A DNA stretch of 64,000 nucleotides from Candidatus Marinacidobacterales bacterium. Lineage in GTDB: Bacteria; Acidobacteriota; Vicinamibacteria; Marinacidobacterales; DATDRI01. The DNA lies in the NCBI GenBank assembly GCA_965226495.1, contig OZ245365.1, positions 1,696,001 through 1,760,000 on the forward strand, written 5' to 3'. Both the position numbers and the translations under genes were made by a program. The notes below the pieces were generated by a model. That model searched no databases and was not told the origin of the DNA. It was given only the letters and a program-made list of their open reading frames with translations. Shown piece by piece: positions 21,143-31,847 of the stretch (positions are counted from its first letter, which is position 1; the number at the start of each line of letters is the position of its first letter).

Positions 21143-22128
21143 CACGACTCGCCTATCCCTGGTTGGCGCTTGGGTTGCTGCTGATCCCGGCGCTCATCTA
21201 CCTTCACTGGAAGCTTCGAGAGAGCCGGCCGACACTCCTTTATTCCGACCTCCGTCCGCTCCATGTGCTCAGGCCTTCGATTTGGGTGCGTCTCTCACCG
21301 ATGCTCTTCGTCTTGCGCATGCTGGCGCTCTCGCTGGTGCTGACCGCTATCGCGCGCCCCCAAGCCGGTGCGCGAAGCGAAGAGGTCATCACCGAAGGCG
21401 TCGATATCCTTCTCGCCGTCGACGTGTCGAGCAGCATGAAGACCGAGGACTTCAAGCCGCGAAACCGCCTCTACGTTGCGAAACAGGTGGTGGCGGAGTT
21501 CATACGGTCGCGTCCCCATGATCGCATCGGGATGGTGGCATTTGCTGCGCGGGCGCTCACGAAGTGTCCGCTGACAATCGACCACGACATCCTGCTCGCG
21601 CTTCTCGAAGACGTACGCATCGGAAGCATCGAAGATGGCACCGCCATCGGCACCGCCATCGCCACCAGCGTAAACCGGCTCAAGGACTCCAAGGCCAAGA
21701 GCCGCATCATCATTCTTCTCACCGATGGCGTGAACAACCGAGGCGAGATCGACCCTCTTACGGCCGCCGAGTTGGCGAAGACGTTCGGAATCAAGATCTA
21801 CGCCGTCGGGGCAGGTCGCGAAGGTTATGCGCCATATCCCTTCGAGGATCCTGTCTACGGAACCGTTTACCAAGAAGTGCTCGTCGAGATCGACGAAAAG
21901 ACACTGGAGGACATCGCCACGTTGACGGAAGGGAAGTACTTTCGGGCCACCGACGAAGAGTCTCTCGCCAAGGTCTACGAGGAGATCGACGAGCTCGAAA
22001 AGACCAAGATCGAGCAAAAAGAATATGTGCGCTACACCGAGCTGGCTCCCTATTTCATGATGGCTGCGCTAGGGCTGCTTCTGGCGGAGTCCGTTCTCTC
22101 ACGCACCCGTTTGCTGAGCATTCCTTAA
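21139..22128 (+). CDS. batA: VWA-domain protein BatA
   Basis: ARPQ, DVSSS MIDAS, LLTDGVNN. Confidence 0.88.
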   Translation: MTRLAYPWLALGLLLIPALIYLHWKLRESRPTLLYSDLRPLHVLRPSIWVRLSPMLFVLRMLALSLVLTAIARPQAGARSEEVITEGVDILLAVDVSSSMKTEDFKPRNRLYVAKQVVAEFIRSRPHDRIGMVAFAARALTKCPLTIDHDILLALLEDVRIGSIEDGTAIGTAIATSVNRLKDSKAKSRIIILLTDGVNNRGEIDPLTAAELAKTFGIKIYAVGAGREGYAPYPFEDPVYGTVYQEVLVEIDEKTLEDIATLTEGKYFRATDEESLAKVYEEIDELEKTKIEQKEYVRYTELAPYFMMAALGLLLAESVLSRTRLLSIP

Positions 22129-22132
22129 CCTT

Positions 22133-23149
22133 ATGCAATTCGCCAACCTCTCTGCGCTTTATTTGCTGTGGCTGGTGCCGGCCCTGGTTGCACTCTCCAT
22201 TTGGTCCGGGCGACGGAAACGACGGGCCATCGCCGTCTTTGGTGATGCGGATCTCGTCTCGAAGCTCTCTCAGGCGGTCAGTCCTGTTCTCGACCGACTC
22301 AAGGGCGGGCTCATCCTCGCCACGGTCTTCTTCTTGGTGCTTGCCATCGCGCGACCGCAGTGGGGAGAAAAAACAGAGGAAGTCGTTCGGAGCGGTGTAG
22401 ACGTCTTCATCGCCGTCGATACTTCCCTCAGCATGGCGGCCACGGATATCGTACCTTCCCGAATGGAAAAGGCCCGTCACCTTGCCGCCGCCCTCACCGA
22501 GCGACTGCAGGGCAATCGAGTCGGCCTCATCGTCTTCGCGGGTTCGGCCTTCGTGCAGTGTCCGCTCACCCTCGACGATGGCGCGGTCAGGATTTTCTTG
22601 GATGCGGTAGGCACCGGCGTGGTTCCGGAGGCGGGAACCAACGTCGCGAGTGCCATCGACGCGGCTCGTCGTGGCTTCGTCTCCAAAGAATCGAAGTATA
22701 AGGTCGTCATCCTTTTGACCGATGGGGAGCAACACGAAGGAGATCCTGCCGACGTTGCTCGGAAGGCCCGGGAGGAAGGCGTTGTGATCCACACCGTTGG
22801 CGTGGGAACCGCGGCGGGCGATCCGATTCCGATCCGCAACTCTAAAGGAGAGGTTACCGATTACAAGCGCGATGCCGCGGGGCGGCCTGTTTTGAGCCGG
22901 CTGGATGAGCAGTCGCTCGGTCGTGTGGCGCTGGCAACCGGCGGAAAGTACTTCCGGGCCACCGACCGAGAGACCGAAGTCGAGGAGATCGGCGAGCTCA
23001 TCGCATCCATGGAGAGCAAAGAGCTGAAATCGCAGTTGTTCACGCGCTACGAAGAACGTTTCTATTGGCCACTCGGGTTTGCGATCGTTTTCCTGATCGC
23101 TGACACGGCCGTTCCGCGGGGCCGACGGCGTAAGGAGGAGCTGGCATGA
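22133..23149 (+). CDS. batB: VWA-domain protein BatB
   Basis: ARPQWG, DTSLS MIDAS, LLTDGE. Confidence 0.85.
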   Translation: MQFANLSALYLLWLVPALVALSIWSGRRKRRAIAVFGDADLVSKLSQAVSPVLDRLKGGLILATVFFLVLAIARPQWGEKTEEVVRSGVDVFIAVDTSLSMAATDIVPSRMEKARHLAAALTERLQGNRVGLIVFAGSAFVQCPLTLDDGAVRIFLDAVGTGVVPEAGTNVASAIDAARRGFVSKESKYKVVILLTDGEQHEGDPADVARKAREEGVVIHTVGVGTAAGDPIPIRNSKGEVTDYKRDAAGRPVLSRLDEQSLGRVALATGGKYFRATDRETEVEEIGELIASMESKELKSQLFTRYEERFYWPLGFAIVFLIADTAVPRGRRRKEELA

Positions 23150-23844
23150 GGACGTGGTGGATTGCCGTCATCGTGCTCCAGCTGTTTGGGCCGAGCGTCA
23201 ACAAGAAAAACAAGGAAGGGGCGGAGCTCTATGACGAGGGAAAACTGGACGAGGCCCTCGTCGCCTACACCCAGGCACAAGAGGAGTCTCCGGACGCGTC
23301 GGAGATCCAGTACAACATTGCCAACGTCCACTACCGCAAAGAAGAAGTAGACAAGGCTTTGGATGGTTACCGGGCGTCCCAGAGCGGTTCTGACGAAGTG
23401 CAACGACGCTCTCATTTCAATACCGGCAACGCCTTTCATAAGGGTGAGAAGTTTCCCGACGCGGTCGCCGCCTACAAAGAGGCCCTCAAGATCGACGACC
23501 AAGACATCGAAGCGCGACAAAATCTCGAGCTGTCCTTGAAGAAGCAAGAAGAGCAAGAACAACAACAAGACGGCGGAGGCGACTCCGGAGAAAGCGACGA
23601 GAACCAGGAAGATCAATCACAGCCTCAGAACCAACAGGATCAGGAACAACCCCAGGATCAGCCGCAGCCCCAGGACCAGGCGATGGATTCGAGCGACCAG
23701 GGGGGCGAAGCCCAGCCCCAAGGGATGACTAAGGAGGAGGCGGAACGGATCCTGGCGGCCCTCGCTGAGATGGAGAAGACCGAGCAACGCAAGCAACAGC
23801 AAAACAAGAAAATCAAGGCATCGGCCAGCGGCAAGGACTGGTGA
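23146..23844 (+). CDS. batC: TPR protein BatC
   Basis: TPR repeats, Q/E-rich linker, C-terminal KDW. Confidence 0.8.
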   Translation: MRTWWIAVIVLQLFGPSVNKKNKEGAELYDEGKLDEALVAYTQAQEESPDASEIQYNIANVHYRKEEVDKALDGYRASQSGSDEVQRRSHFNTGNAFHKGEKFPDAVAAYKEALKIDDQDIEARQNLELSLKKQEEQEQQQDGGGDSGESDENQEDQSQPQNQQDQEQPQDQPQPQDQAMDSSDQGGEAQPQGMTKEEAERILAALAEMEKTEQRKQQQNKKIKASASGKDW

Positions 23845-23888
23845 GGCGGTGACGGTTTGGAGTTGCGCTAAACTAGAGCGGTTTTGCA

Positions 23889-25730
23889 ATGAATAGAAAC
23901 TCCAGCCGACTTGTAGGAGCCATAACCCTTGGGACGCTTGGCCTCACGATCTTCCTTGCCCGAGAAGCTCCAGCCCAAGACTTCCGCGTCGAAGCTTCCG
24001 TAAACGCCAACCGCATCGGGATGGACGACGATCTTCAGTTCACGGTCTCCATACTCGGCGACAGCCTCGGACGGGCCAGCGCCCTAGTGCTTCCCAAGCT
24101 CGAAGGGTTTCGCCTGGGTGGTTCCTCTCAATCGACCAGCATCCAATGGATCAATGGCAGGATGTCCGCCACCCGAGCCATTACCTATCGCCTGGTGCCA
24201 TCGACGGAGGGCAAGCACACGATCGATCGTGTCTCGGTGACCTATCAAGGGACGCAATACCTTACCGAGCCCATCGAAGTAGAGATCGTCGCTGGCTCGG
24301 TTCAGGCGCAGGCAGGCCGACGGTCTGATCCCTTTGACGCGTTCGCTCCGCCTCGGCAACAAAGGCGCGCCAAGGTGGCCGGCGAGGTCTACGTGGAGGC
24401 CGCGCTGTCTCGATCCTCTACGTATGTAGGCCAGCAAGTCATTCTTACCTACAAGCTCTACACACAAGTGCCGATCATGGGCCTTGAAGTGGACCAGCAG
24501 CCCAAGTTGACCGGATTTTGGGTCGAAGAAGTCCAGATGCCCAAGGAGCCTGAGTGGAAAGAAACCACCATCAAGGGAAAGAAGTTCTACGTTTTCGAAA
24601 TAAAGAAGAGCATCCTCTTTCCTACAAAGGTTGGCACCACGACCATCGAACCCGCGACCTTTTCCATGGCGATTCGGGGCTCCTCTGATCCGTTTGATCG
24701 GTTCTTCTTCCGGACGACCAACACGGTCCGCCGAGCCACGAAGCCCGTTTCGCTCGAAGTCAAGGCGCTTCCCTCAGCAGGTAGACCCCAAGACTTCTCC
24801 GGGGCGGTGGGGAAGTTCGATTTAGCCCTCGAGCTAGACAACGGGGGCAGCGAAACCATTGCCGCGGGAGAGCCACTGACCGTGGACGTGGTCGTAAAGG
24901 GGAAGGGGAATCTCAAGACGGTGGAGGTCCCGGACCTCCCGACCCCGGACAGCTTTCGAACCTACGATCCTAAAACCGAAGAGAAATTTAGCGCCGGTGG
25001 ATCTGGTTTCGGAGGGGAAAAACGCTGGGAGTTCGTGCTCGTGCCGAGTGCCCCTGGAAAGTACAAGCTCGGCCCGCTGAGCTTGTCTTACTTCGACCCG
25101 GAAAAGAAGAGCTATGTGACCGCCAAGGCCGGCCCGCTGACACTCGACGTCGGCGGGGCGACGGCCGTTACCGGAGTACCCTTCGCGGCTCCCCGTTCGG
25201 AAGTGAAGCTCCTGAGGCGTGACGTGCGTTACCTCAAGCCGGCGCCCAAGGAGCTCGGTGTCGCGAAGGCACCTTTTTACCGAAGTGGCTTGTTCTATGC
25301 CACGCTCGCACTTCCCATGCTCTGGAATCTCGGCCTGGTGGCTTACCGGTTGAAACGTGAGAGTGAGGCTTCTCAAGTCGGGCTGTGGCGTCGACGCCGA
25401 GCGCGCAAGGAAGCCCATGCGCGGCTCAAGCAAGCCGCGACGAAGGCGCACGATGAAGCGAAGGATTTCTATGAGGTGACGGCCGCGGCCTTATACCGCT
25501 ATGTAGCCGACAAGAACGAGGTTAGCCATTGGGGCCTCACCACGCAGCAGATCGAATCGCTCCTGACCGAGCGGCAAGTACCCGAGTCGGCGCGTGTCGA
25601 ATTTCTAAAGATCATCGAGGCGTGTGAGTTCGCTCGATTCACGCCCGGAGACAGAACCCGCCCAGAGATGGAAGCGCTCCTGGCGCGAGCGGAGCAAGCC
25701 ATCGTATCCCTCGACAAGTATCACGAATGA
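23889..25730 (+). CDS. batD: BatD family protein
   Basis: SIQWINGR, YVGQQ, FSGAVG and YFDP motifs. Confidence 0.85.
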   Translation: MNRNSSRLVGAITLGTLGLTIFLAREAPAQDFRVEASVNANRIGMDDDLQFTVSILGDSLGRASALVLPKLEGFRLGGSSQSTSIQWINGRMSATRAITYRLVPSTEGKHTIDRVSVTYQGTQYLTEPIEVEIVAGSVQAQAGRRSDPFDAFAPPRQQRRAKVAGEVYVEAALSRSSTYVGQQVILTYKLYTQVPIMGLEVDQQPKLTGFWVEEVQMPKEPEWKETTIKGKKFYVFEIKKSILFPTKVGTTTIEPATFSMAIRGSSDPFDRFFFRTTNTVRRATKPVSLEVKALPSAGRPQDFSGAVGKFDLALELDNGGSETIAAGEPLTVDVVVKGKGNLKTVEVPDLPTPDSFRTYDPKTEEKFSAGGSGFGGEKRWEFVLVPSAPGKYKLGPLSLSYFDPEKKSYVTAKAGPLTLDVGGATAVTGVPFAAPRSEVKLLRRDVRYLKPAPKELGVAKAPFYRSGLFYATLALPMLWNLGLVAYRLKRESEASQVGLWRRRRARKEAHARLKQAATKAHDEAKDFYEVTAAALYRYVADKNEVSHWGLTTQQIESLLTERQVPESARVEFLKIIEACEFARFTPGDRTRPEMEALLARAEQAIVSLDKYHE

Positions 25731-26470
25731 CTTCCTGGTTCCTCCTTACCTTCCTTCTTCAGGCGCAGTTCGTCTCCCCTCAAGAGGTGTTCGAGCGCGG
25801 TGAGGAGCTCTACCGCGCAGGCGAGTACGACCAAGCGGTCGAGCAATACGAAGCGCTTCGCTCGCAAGGCGTGGTCGACGGAGCGCTCTGTTACAACCTG
25901 GGCAACGCGTACTTCAAGAGCGGTCGGTTGGGCCTTGCCATCCTCAATTACGAGCGCGCGCTCGAGCAGATGCCTGGCGACCAAGACTCCCGGGCCAACC
26001 TCGAGTTCGCCAACGAGCTCATCGTCGACGTCGTACAAAGGCCGCCCATGCCTTCCTACGTTGCGTGGGTGGTGGATCTATACCACTCCCTCGACCCCAG
26101 TTTTCTGGCGGCCCTGCTCAGCCTCTGCTTTCTAGTCGGCGGCGTGGCGGTCTCGATTCTGCTTCTCGGCATTCGGCCTCAACTCCGTACTCCCGCGATC
26201 TATACGCTTGCGACCGTGGTGGCAGTGGGGATACTCTCTGCAACCGTGCTCATCGCCAAGGTTCAATCGTCCGGCGAACGGGAGGAGGCGATCGTGGTCG
26301 CTCAAGTCTTGGATGTCCGCAGTGGACCCGGCGATACCAACCCTCAGCTGGCGGAGATTCACGAGGGACTCAAGCTCACGGTCCTCGGTGAGCGAGAGGA
26401 CTGGCTCCAGGTTCGACTTCCCAACGGCCTCACCGGATGGGTGAAAGAGGCCGATGTCGAAACCATCTGA
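25727..26470 (+). CDS. batE: BatE TPR + SH3 protein
   Basis: YNLGNAYFK TPR; C-terminal SH3 (VRSGP...IHEG...GWV). Confidence 0.85.
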   Translation: MTSWFLLTFLLQAQFVSPQEVFERGEELYRAGEYDQAVEQYEALRSQGVVDGALCYNLGNAYFKSGRLGLAILNYERALEQMPGDQDSRANLEFANELIVDVVQRPPMPSYVAWVVDLYHSLDPSFLAALLSLCFLVGGVAVSILLLGIRPQLRTPAIYTLATVVAVGILSATVLIAKVQSSGEREEAIVVAQVLDVRSGPGDTNPQLAEIHEGLKLTVLGEREDWLQVRLPNGLTGWVKEADVETI

Positions 26471-27605
26471 GCCGGTCGGAATCTATATCCACATTCCGTT
26501 TTGTCGCTCCATTTGTCCTTTCTGTAACTTTGCCACCGCACCGCGCCAACAAGAATCCGAGGCAGATTACCTTCGAGCTCTCAAACGGGAGATCGTCGGT
26601 TACCGTCCGCCGGGGGCGAGGGGAAGAAAGGAGACTCTTCGCGTCGACTCCATCTACTTCGGGGGCGGGACGCCATCGGTCCTGAGCTCTGAACAGATTC
26701 GTGAGATTCTAGAAGCGGTTCATTGGCGATTCGAGGTCGCGGCCGATCCCGAGGTGTCCTTGGAGCTCGATCCTGGGACCGCGGATCGAGATACCCTTGC
26801 AGGCTACGTGGCGGTCGGCGTGAACCGCTTATCAGTCGGCGGGCAAAGCTTCAATGACAAGGTACTGAAACGCATCGGGCGCCAGCACGATGCCGACGAG
26901 ATCAGGAAGACGTTTCGAGCTGCCCGCGCGGCGGGACTTACCAATATCAATCTCGACCTCATGGTTGGTTTGCCGGGAGAGATTCCGGAGAAGGACTTCG
27001 AGGGGCTCGACGACCTTCGACCCGAGCACGCATCGGTCTACATCCTCGAGCTCGCGAGCGACGTGCCCATGGCGAAGGAAGAAAGCCGCGGCCACCTCGA
27101 GCTGCCGAGCGACGAGAACACACTGGACTCCTACTGCCGCGCCCGGGACGGGCTCGGGTCTCTAGGCCTCGAACACTACGAGATCTCGAATTTCGCGCAG
27201 CCCGGCTTCGAAAGCCGGCACAACTTGAAGTACTGGACCGATCGCCCTTACCTCGGCTTTGGCGCTTCCGCGCACTCGTATTTGGGCGGCTCGCGATTCT
27301 GGAACGTGAGGAGCCACGCACGCTACGTCGAAAAGATGGACGATTTGGGAAGTGCGGTCGAAACCCGGGATCGTTTCAACGCTGGCCGGCGAGCAGCGGA
27401 GCATCTCTTCACCGGACTCCGACGTGCGCAGGGCGTCTCGTTGCGAGAAGTTAAAAAAAGGTACGGCGTCTCGGTCATGGAAACCTACGGTGAGAAGCTT
27501 CAGCCATACGTGGATCTCGGCCTGCTCCACGTGACGGACGAAGTTCTCAAGCTCACCGAAAGAGGCTTTCTTGTTTCTAACGAGGTATTTGAAGTCTTCT
27601 TATGA
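26454..27605 (+). CDS. hemW: radical SAM heme chaperone HemW
   Basis: [29 protein letters not shown] and HNLKYW motifs. Confidence 0.9.
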   Translation: MSKPSEPVGIYIHIPFCRSICPFCNFATAPRQQESEADYLRALKREIVGYRPPGARGRKETLRVDSIYFGGGTPSVLSSEQIREILEAVHWRFEVAADPEVSLELDPGTADRDTLAGYVAVGVNRLSVGGQSFNDKVLKRIGRQHDADEIRKTFRAARAAGLTNINLDLMVGLPGEIPEKDFEGLDDLRPEHASVYILELASDVPMAKEESRGHLELPSDENTLDSYCRARDGLGSLGLEHYEISNFAQPGFESRHNLKYWTDRPYLGFGASAHSYLGGSRFWNVRSHARYVEKMDDLGSAVETRDRFNAGRRAAEHLFTGLRRAQGVSLREVKKRYGVSVMETYGEKLQPYVDLGLLHVTDEVLKLTERGFLVSNEVFEVFL

Positions 27606-28645
27606 ACGAGCACAGTTTCATCGATCTCCGGAGCGACACCGTCACCCGGCCGACACCGGCGATGCGCAAGGCGATGGCCGAGGCCGTGGTGGGGGACGAC
27701 AACTACGGCGAAGACCCAACGGTGAATCGATTACAAGAGAAGGCGGCCGCGCTCATGGGGAAAGAGGCGGCACTCTTCGTTCCCACCGGTACGATGAGCA
27801 ACCAGATTGCTATCAGCCTCCATACCGCACCGGGCCAGGAGGTCGTCACCGAGGAACGCGGTCACATTTTCAATTTCGAAATGGCAGGGATGGCGGCCAT
27901 CTCCGGGACCCTCGCCCGAACGATTCGGACCGAAGACGGATTCCCGGACGCCCATTCGATCAAAAACGCCATCCGTCCGAAAAGTTACACCCGGGCCCAA
28001 ACCGGACTCATCACCCTCGAAAACACTCACAACTACGCCGGTGGAACCGTGTGCTCCATCGAGCGAAGCCGGGAGATCGTCGAACTCGCTCACGAGAACG
28101 GTATTCCCGTACACCTCGACGGCGCCCGCATCTTCAACGCCGCGACCGCCCTTGGCTGCGAAGCCAAGGAGCTTGCCGAAGGGTTCGACTCCGTTTCCTT
28201 CTGCCTTTCCAAAGGACTCTGCGCACCGGTCGGCTCACTCCTTTGTGGAAACAAGGACTTCATCGAGGAGGGACACGGCATCCGGCGCCTCTTCGGCGGA
28301 GCTTGGAGGCAGGCCGGTGTCCTCGCCGCGCCCGGCATCGTCGGCCTCGAGGAGATGATCCCTCGACTGTCAGAGGATCACGAAAACGCCCACCTGATCG
28401 CCGAGAATCTCGCCGGCATCGACGGCATCGAGATCGACGCCGGCAAGGTACGAACCAACGTCGTCATCTTCGAGATTACCCGCCCCCAGATGAACACCAG
28501 CAAGCTTCTCGCCGCCCTGAAGGAACGCGGGATTCTGGGCAATATCGTCGACGAGTCCCGCGTCCGCATGCTCACCCACCACGACGTTTCACAGAAGGAC
28601 TGCCTCACCGCCTGCGAAGCGATCGGCCAGGTCATGAAAGCCTAG
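27602..28645 (+). CDS. ltaE: low-specificity L-threonine aldolase
   Basis: [18 protein letters not shown] and CLSKGL motifs. Confidence 0.92.
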   Translation: MNEHSFIDLRSDTVTRPTPAMRKAMAEAVVGDDNYGEDPTVNRLQEKAAALMGKEAALFVPTGTMSNQIAISLHTAPGQEVVTEERGHIFNFEMAGMAAISGTLARTIRTEDGFPDAHSIKNAIRPKSYTRAQTGLITLENTHNYAGGTVCSIERSREIVELAHENGIPVHLDGARIFNAATALGCEAKELAEGFDSVSFCLSKGLCAPVGSLLCGNKDFIEEGHGIRRLFGGAWRQAGVLAAPGIVGLEEMIPRLSEDHENAHLIAENLAGIDGIEIDAGKVRTNVVIFEITRPQMNTSKLLAALKERGILGNIVDESRVRMLTHHDVSQKDCLTACEAIGQVMKA

Positions 28646-28703
28646 TTTTTCCAGGGAGGGTTTCCCGCTCCTATTTCGTCACAGTAAGTAGGGGAGGGGC
28701 ACC

Positions 28704-29681
28704 ATCCAGATTCATTCTAAACCACCCAAGCTACTCGACCGGGTTCGGTCTGCCATTCGAGTCCGCCACTATAGCCGCCGTACCGAAAAGGCATATGTCG
28801 GGTGGATCAAGAGGTTCATCTTCTTTCACGACAAACGCCATCCCGACGAGATGGGAGAGCATGAGGTTACGGAATTCCTCTCGAGCCTCGCCACGAAGAA
28901 CAACCTCAGCCCCTCCAGCCAAAACCAGGCCTTGAGCGCTCTTCTTTTCTTGTACCAAAACGTGCTCGGTCGCGAGCTCGATTGGCTCGATCGCGTCGTG
29001 CGAGCTAAACGTCGCTTAAGGGTTCCATTAGTGCTCTCGCGTGACGAGGTTGATGCAGTCCTCCAACAGCTTCACGGGACGCCATGGCTCATGGCGTCGC
29101 TTCTCTATGGGGCCGGACTGCGAGTGCTGGAGTGTGCGCGCCTGCGGGTTCAGGATGTCGATTTCCGCCGGAATAAGATCTTGGTTCGAGACGGAAAGGG
29201 AAGAAAGGACCGAGTCACCGTTTTTCCTAATAAGGTGAAAGCACCCCTCGCCGCTCACATCGAGCGAGTCCGCCTCCAACACCGGAAGGACATTGAAGAA
29301 GAGGCCGGATACGTCGAGTTGCCCTACGCTCTCCGCCGGAAGTACCCCCGCGCGGCTCGTGACTGGCCCTGGCAATGGGTCTTCCCGGCCACGCGCTTCT
29401 ATCGGGACCCTCAAACAGGTGAGCGTCGCCGACACCATCTCCACGAGTCGGTTCTCCAAAGGGCCGTGCAAGGCGCGGTGCGCGCCTCGGGGATCTCCAA
29501 ACCGGCGAAGTGCCATACCCTCCGACACTCCTTCGCCACTCACCTGCTCGAATCCGGATACGACATCCGGACGATCCAGGAGCTCCTCGGGCACGCCGAC
29601 GTGAGCGTCACCATGATCTACACCCATGTCCTCAACCGAGGCAGCTTGGGTGTACGAAGTCCTCTCGACGCGACGATTTGA
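28704..29681 (+). CDS. intI: integron integrase; start uncertain (ATC/ATT candidates, first ATG at 28851)
   Basis: N-terminal [30 protein letters not shown]; [26 protein letters not shown] and IYTHV catalytic motifs; integron-specific [16 protein letters not shown] insert. Confidence 0.96.
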   Translation: MQIHSKPPKLLDRVRSAIRVRHYSRRTEKAYVGWIKRFIFFHDKRHPDEMGEHEVTEFLSSLATKNNLSPSSQNQALSALLFLYQNVLGRELDWLDRVVRAKRRLRVPLVLSRDEVDAVLQQLHGTPWLMASLLYGAGLRVLECARLRVQDVDFRRNKILVRDGKGRKDRVTVFPNKVKAPLAAHIERVRLQHRKDIEEEAGYVELPYALRRKYPRAARDWPWQWVFPATRFYRDPQTGERRRHHLHESVLQRAVQGAVRASGISKPAKCHTLRHSFATHLLESGYDIRTIQELLGHADVSVTMIYTHVLNRGSLGVRSPLDATI

Positions 29682-29706
29682 AAAGACGACGCCCGCGACA
29701 TACAAT
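29678..29706 (+). promoter_or_regulatory. candidate cassette promoter Pc
   Basis: TTGAAA (29678-83), 17 bp, TACAAT (29701-06); overlaps the intI stop codon and points into the array. Confidence 0.6.
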
Positions 29707-29836
29707 CGCCAAACGGAGCCTCGCGGCGATATCCACATATCCAGACCCACCGGACGCGGCATATCCCGGACGGGAGACAACGCATCATGTCCAACACGAA
29801 TGGGGTCAGCCACATGAACAAACACACCCACGCTGC

Positions 29837-29905
29837 GCTATCCAATACACAGGCCGGGTAGCGTGTGCTATCGAATAACCGAGATCTAGATACTTACTGT
29901 TAGAT
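29837..29905 (+). other. putative attI site
   Basis: GTTAGATGG (from 29899) is the exact complement of CCATCTAAC at the first attC; upstream direct repeats gctatc(c/g)aata at 29837 and 29867. Confidence 0.7.
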
Positions 29906-29911
29906 GGACAT

Positions 29912-30463
29912 ATGTCAGAACTTGAACGGGAACGAGAGCGACCCGAATTCACTGAGGCACAGGAGCTCTCTGGTTTTCGTGAGCGATTGGGCGAGGCGAT
30001 GGCCTGGTGTTCCTCTCGCGAACCTAGCTCGGACGCCCTAAGGGTTTTCCGGTCGCCAGAATTGGCTCCCGACCCTTTTGCTGTAAATGGATGGGGAGCC
30101 GTGTGGTCCGTCGCAGAAAAGCGCCGGGCGAAGTTGCCTAAAGGCAAGCGACGCCCAATCGGCGGTTTGGCGGGAGGACGGCTGGTTGCCTACATGCCCG
30201 AGGTCAACTTGTGCGATGGGGCCGCCGAGTATTCATCCGAGGGCTATTTTGATGTCGACAATATTCCGCCGTGGGACACGTGGGTTTGGTATGCCTGCGG
30301 AAGTAGCATCTTGCCGTCCCACCTCGTGGCTTGGGTCCCGCCTCAGTTCATCGATGTAGCGCAGGCTGGTCTTGAGGTTAATCCGGAGCAGTGTATTCGT
30401 TGGTTTGACGAAATGAAAACTAGCTTTGCGGAGTCCCTTCGTAGAAACGGAGTATTGAAGTGA
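29912..30463 (+). CDS. cassette 1: hypothetical protein
   Basis: ATG directly after attI, stop directly before attC; FDVDNIPPWDTW motif. Confidence 0.8.
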   Translation: MSELERERERPEFTEAQELSGFRERLGEAMAWCSSREPSSDALRVFRSPELAPDPFAVNGWGAVWSVAEKRRAKLPKGKRRPIGGLAGGRLVAYMPEVNLCDGAAEYSSEGYFDVDNIPPWDTWVWYACGSSILPSHLVAWVPPQFIDVAQAGLEVNPEQCIRWFDEMKTSFAESLRRNGVLK

Positions 30464-30469
30464 GGAGCC

Positions 30470-30565
30470 ATCTAACGCGCCGTTGCAGCGGACGATCGGC
30501 GCCGGCATTTGTTGGATAACCAATATGGGGATGGCACCGTTCGCCGCTGAACGGCCCTGTTAGGC
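30470..30565 (+). other. attC site 1 (family A)
   Basis: ATCTAAC...gttgcagcggacga...tcgccgctgaac...GTTAGGC imperfect palindrome. Confidence 0.9.
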
Positions 30566-30693
30566 GACCACTTTCGGAAACAATGGCGCGTCCTCTCGTA
30601 CTACCTCAATCACGTCGTCGACCGAGGCCAGTCGGCCGATTGACTCTTCAAACGTATGGCGTAGTTTCTGCGCGTTTTTAAGGAGGGATTGCA

Positions 30694-31740
30694 ATGCGGA
30701 ACCAATTTCCACCGATCCGCCTTTTCGTCTTCCCCATGGTTTTCGCTCTGCTCGCGGGATGTCAGCCGCCAACTCCGCCTGAACCGAGCACGACGGACGA
30801 CGACCCGGCACTGCGGCTAGAGGAGCTGACTTACACGGACATCGATGCGCTCGATCGCGAGAGGACGGTTTTCTTGCTCACATTCGGGAACCTCGAAGAG
30901 CACGGACCCCATTTACCTATCGGCTCCGACTACTATCAGGCTATCGCGTTGCGGGACGGCCTCGTCGAGGAGCTCAGCCAGCGACATCCCGACTACACTT
31001 TCGTCAACGCGCCCGTTTTCCCGCTGGGAGAGGGAGGCTTCAACGACATGGCCCGCCAGTTCGAGCACCCGGGAGCTTTCGGCATTCGCTTCGAGACCCT
31101 TCGCGACCTGACGGTGGATTTCGGCGCGGCCATTGCTCGGAAGGGCTTCAAGAACATATTTATCGTTCATTTTCACGGGAGTCCGTTTCACAGTGTTGCG
31201 TTCACCCAGGCGGCTGGATTCGTCAGCGAGCGGTATGACGCCCGGATGGTCAACATCTCAAGCTTGATGCTCGGGGAGGAGCTCCACAGCCAGTCCGTTT
31301 TGACGAAACATCTCGGAGAGGAGGGGGTCGCAGAGATCGGCATGACGGGACACGCGGGCACGGCCGAGACGTCCACGAACCTTCATCTCCACGATCTCGT
31401 GAAGCCAGAGTACAAAGCGCTACCGCTCTTTTTCGTCGGAGATCCTTTCGAACTCGGCCGAATCTACGAAAGAGAGGGCTTTCTCGGCTACATGAGCGAT
31501 CCGTCGCGCGCGACTGCCGCGATGGGCTCCGACCTAATGCAGAATTTCATCGAGCGCGCCACCCGGTTCGCGGAAAAGGCGCTGGCCGGCGAGGATCTCT
31601 CCGAGCTCCCGATGTGGCCGGACGTCCTGCCCCCCATCGAGGAGCTCGACGCCTCGATGCGGATGGTTTCCGAGCGATACGCGCAAGAGGCGGCCGAGCT
31701 CGATGCGTGGTTGCAACAAGAGCAAGCCCCCCATCCGTAG
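30694..31740 (+). CDS. cassette 2: creatininase-family amidohydrolase, lipoprotein
   Basis: LLAGC lipobox; EEHGPHLPIGSD, HFHG and GHAGTAETS motifs. Confidence 0.85.
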   Translation: MRNQFPPIRLFVFPMVFALLAGCQPPTPPEPSTTDDDPALRLEELTYTDIDALDRERTVFLLTFGNLEEHGPHLPIGSDYYQAIALRDGLVEELSQRHPDYTFVNAPVFPLGEGGFNDMARQFEHPGAFGIRFETLRDLTVDFGAAIARKGFKNIFIVHFHGSPFHSVAFTQAAGFVSERYDARMVNISSLMLGEELHSQSVLTKHLGEEGVAEIGMTGHAGTAETSTNLHLHDLVKPEYKALPLFFVGDPFELGRIYEREGFLGYMSDPSRATAAMGSDLMQNFIERATRFAEKALAGEDLSELPMWPDVLPPIEELDASMRMVSERYAQEAAELDAWLQQEQAPHP

Positions 31741-31847
31741 GTCAGGGCGACGGCCGCGGAACAGATGGAAGAGGTAACCGAGTAGAATGGATCTTGGACG
31801 CTTGCCTACGGTCCACATCCTGCCGTACGCTTCCGAGTAGCCGACCG

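Noticed and set aside
23560-23720. cag/caa-rich low-complexity repeat
   Set aside because: It encodes the usual Q/E/D linker of BatC.
18254-26470. moxR-DUF58-bat cluster as a novel system
   Set aside because: It matches the known Bat operon organisation.
27571-28935. 454-aa alternative-frame ORF spanning ltaE into intI
   Set aside because: Arg/Pro-rich off-frame translation with no motifs, and not in the intI frame.
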